Source: Acidimicrobiia bacterium
GTDB lineage: Bacteria > Actinomycetota > Acidimicrobiia > Spongiisociales > Spongiisociaceae
DNA length: 64,000 bases
Assembly (NCBI GenBank): GCA_011523635.1
Contig: WTGI01000072.1
Span: forward strand, 592 to 64,591
Direction: 5' to 3'
Shown: positions 48,013 to 50,831 of the stretch, piece by piece
Layout of the letters: each line of letters begins with the position of its first letter
How positions within the stretch are numbered: the first letter of the stretch is position 1
Position numbers and translations under genes: made by a program
The notes under the pieces: generated by a model
The model's database searches: none
What the model was told of the DNA's origin: nothing
Seen by the model: the letters and a program-made list of their open reading frames with translations, nothing else

Positions 48013-48175
48013 TGGTCTGTCTGTGTAATGGCGGTGTGGTATGGCGAGGCAGCGGTGTTCCTCGCAAGGCCCGCTGACGAAGGCGTACCCGCAGGGTACG
48101 TTGAGGAAGCGGAACGCAGCGACGGGACGCCGATGACCGCCAGAGCACCCGGTTGTTGCGCAGACAGACCACTAG
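48009..48175 (+). repeat. 167-bp structured element with perfect 15-bp terminal inverted repeats (MITE-like / REP-like / 3'UTR RNA)
   Basis: CTAGTGGTCTGTCTG (48009-48023) is the reverse complement of CAGACAGACCACTAG (48161-48175). The internal hairpins are at 48044-48065 and 48084-48100. There is no credible ORF. Related copies lie at 36462-36501 and 51886-51923. Confidence 0.85.
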
Positions 48176-48354
48176 GGTGGAATGTCAGGGAGTGCCGGCC
48201 CCACCTCCACTCGTGCCGGTCCGGGGCCGGATCGGCATCGCCCAGGGTCGGCGCGCTACCCTCATCGGTCGAGGCTCATGATCTCGGAGCCTCAGACCTC
48301 ACAAGCAGATGGCGAACCTGGTCCCGCGGGCCCGGGTGAGCGAAAGGATCGGCA

Positions 48355-49761
48355 ATGCCGGGCTATGACTACGACCTAGCGGTCATCGGATCGGGGCCGG
48401 CAGGTCAGCGGACCGCCATCCAGGCGGCCGAGCTCGGCAAACGCACCGTCATCCTCGAGAAGGAGCCCCGCGTCGGCGGCATCAACATCTACGCCGGCAC
48501 GGTGAGCAAGACCATGCGGGATGCGGTCCTCTACCTCACGGGCTACCGGGAGCGCAACATCTACGGCCAGTCCTACGCCGTGAAGCAGAACATCACGATG
48601 GACGACCTGATGGTTCGGACCCGCTACGTGATCCAGCAGCAGTCGGACATCCTGCAGAGCCAACTCGCCACCAACCGGGTGGAGACGATCATCGGCGAGG
48701 GCTCTTTCGTCGACAGCCACACCCTGAAGGTACGATCCGAGGAGAACCGGACCGAACGGACCATCACCGCCGACAAGGTGGTGATCGCGGTCGGTTCCTA
48801 CTCCACCGAGCCCCCGGTCGTCTACGCCGACGGGAGGCTGGTCTTCGTGAGCGATCACATGCTCAGCTTGCCGAAACTGCCCCGGACTCTGACCATCGTC
48901 GGCGCGGGCGCCATCGGCTTGGAATACACCAGCACCTTCGCCGCCCTTGGCATCCGGGTGACCCTCGTGGACCGGAACCACCGCCTGCTCACCTTCGCCG
49001 ACGAGGAACTCGCCGACACGCTCGCCTACCACATGCGACAGACGGGCGTGACCCTGCGCCTGACCGAGGTGGTGTTCGACATCGACTACATGAGGGACGA
49101 CGTGGGTGACCGGGTGCGGGTGCAGCTCGAGAGCGGCAAGCAGATCATCAGCGACGCCGTCATGTACTGTGTGGGGCGGACGGGCTGTACGGCTTCGCTC
49201 AACCTCGGGGCGATCGGGCTGGAGGCGGACGCACGGGGCCGCCTCAGCGTCGACAAGAACTACCAGACCAGTGTCGAGGGCGTCTACGCCGTGGGCGGAG
49301 TGATCGGGTTCCCGGACCTGGTGTCGACCTCCCGCATGCAGGGTCGGCTGGCGGCCCGCCATGCGTTCGGCATCGAGCGGGGCGACTTCCAGGACCTCCT
49401 CCCCTACACCATCAAGACCATTCCCGAGGTGGCCATGGTGGGCAAGACCGAGGACGAGCTCAACGAGGCAGGCGTCCCGTTCGAGGTGGGCAAGGCTCGC
49501 TACCGGGAGACGGAGAGCAGCCTGATGCGGGGCGACGATGTCGGGTTCCTCAAGCTGCTGTTCCATCTGAAGACACGGAAGATCCTCGGGGTGCACATCG
49601 TGGGCGAGAACGCCGCCGAACTGATCCACATCGGCCAGGCTGTCATCGCCTACGACGGAACCATCGACTACTTCGTGGAGTCGGTCATCGGCTATCCCAC
49701 CCTTGCCGAGGCATACACCACCGCGGCTCTGGACGGGATCAGACGGCTGGGCGGGTATTAG
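48355..49761 (+). CDS. sthA: soluble pyridine nucleotide transhydrogenase-like flavoprotein
   Basis: The sequence is YDLAVIGSGPAGQRTAIQAA...GGINIYAGTVSKTMRDAVLYLTG. The redox CxxxxC is absent, as in STH. The second NAD site is TIVGAGAIGLEY. The RBS GAAAGGA lies upstream. Confidence 0.75.
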   Translation: MPGYDYDLAVIGSGPAGQRTAIQAAELGKRTVILEKEPRVGGINIYAGTVSKTMRDAVLYLTGYRERNIYGQSYAVKQNITMDDLMVRTRYVIQQQSDILQSQLATNRVETIIGEGSFVDSHTLKVRSEENRTERTITADKVVIAVGSYSTEPPVVYADGRLVFVSDHMLSLPKLPRTLTIVGAGAIGLEYTSTFAALGIRVTLVDRNHRLLTFADEELADTLAYHMRQTGVTLRLTEVVFDIDYMRDDVGDRVRVQLESGKQIISDAVMYCVGRTGCTASLNLGAIGLEADARGRLSVDKNYQTSVEGVYAVGGVIGFPDLVSTSRMQGRLAARHAFGIERGDFQDLLPYTIKTIPEVAMVGKTEDELNEAGVPFEVGKARYRETESSLMRGDDVGFLKLLFHLKTRKILGVHIVGENAAELIHIGQAVIAYDGTIDYFVESVIGYPTLAEAYTTAALDGIRRLGGY

Positions 49762-50027
49762 CGCCGACCCATCTGCCCCGGACTGCGGCGAATCGGGCTA
49801 ACTCGTTCCTCCCGCGGCAGACGCCGACGGATGGCTTTGCTTGGCCCCCGCCCTACCACCCTGAGCCGTGGACATGCCGGGTCTCTTAGAACAGCGGCAG
49901 GGCCGGAGGCGTCGAGTCCCGCATCAGTGGCCAGTATCACCAGCGGACGGCATCACACCAAACCGCCATCCGGGAGGGATCGGTCGTGCCGCGCTTGGAC
50001 GGTCCCACCGGAGGCCGGGCGGACCGT

Positions 50028-50831
50028 TCAGCTCTTCTTGGCCACCCGGACGTAGCGGCGTACCGCCAGAGGCGCGAAGACAGCGATGATCAGGCAGGCC
50101 CAGAACACGGTGTAGATAACCGGGTTCTGCAGGGGCCAGGACGCCGGTTCGGGGGCTCCCGGCGGGATGTTCCCGAACAACTCCCTGACCGCCTGGACCA
50201 GGGACGAGATCGGGTTCCACTCGGCGAACACCCTCAGCACCGTCGGGAGGCTCTCGGCCGGCACGAACGTGTTGGCGATGAACGTCATCGGGAAGATCAC
50301 GATGAATGAGGCGTTGTTGAGCACCTCCGGGCTGGGCACCGATAGGCCGAGCAGGGCCATTATCCAGGAGACGGAGTAGGCGAACAGAAGGAGCAGCAGG
50401 AAGCCGAGCAGAGCGTCGAGCAGGCTTCCCCTGATGCGCCATCCCACGATGAGCCCGGTTATGGCCATCACGGTCAGCGTGATGATGTTGTAGACCACAT
50501 CGCTGGCAGTCCGTCCGAACACCACGGCCGCTCTGGACATGGGCAGCGAACGGAACCGGTCGATGATGCCCTTCTGCATGTCCTCGGCGAGGCCGGCGCC
50601 GGTGAAGGTGGCGCCGAATATGACGGTCTGGCCGAAGATCCCACCCATGAGGAACTCCCGGTATGACCCTCCGGGGATGTCGATGGCGCTGCCGAACACG
50701 TAGGCGAACAGCAGGACGAACATGATCGGTGAGAGCAGGACGAACACCAGCACGTCGGGCACCCGCTTGAGCTTGATGAGGTTCCGGCGGGCGATGACCA
50801 GGCCGTCGCCGAAGGCTGACAGGAAGTTCAT
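50028..50831 (-). CDS. ABC-2 type exporter permease (DrrB-like)
   Basis: It has 267 aa and six TM spans. The ATGA-type overlap with the ATPase gene gives an arrangement typical of DrrAB-like pairs. Confidence 0.8.
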   Translation of the reverse strand: MNFLSAFGDGLVIARRNLIKLKRVPDVLVFVLLSPIMFVLLFAYVFGSAIDIPGGSYREFLMGGIFGQTVIFGATFTGAGLAEDMQKGIIDRFRSLPMSRAAVVFGRTASDVVYNIITLTVMAITGLIVGWRIRGSLLDALLGFLLLLLFAYSVSWIMALLGLSVPSPEVLNNASFIVIFPMTFIANTFVPAESLPTVLRVFAEWNPISSLVQAVRELFGNIPPGAPEPASWPLQNPVIYTVFWACLIIAVFAPLAVRRYVRVAKKS

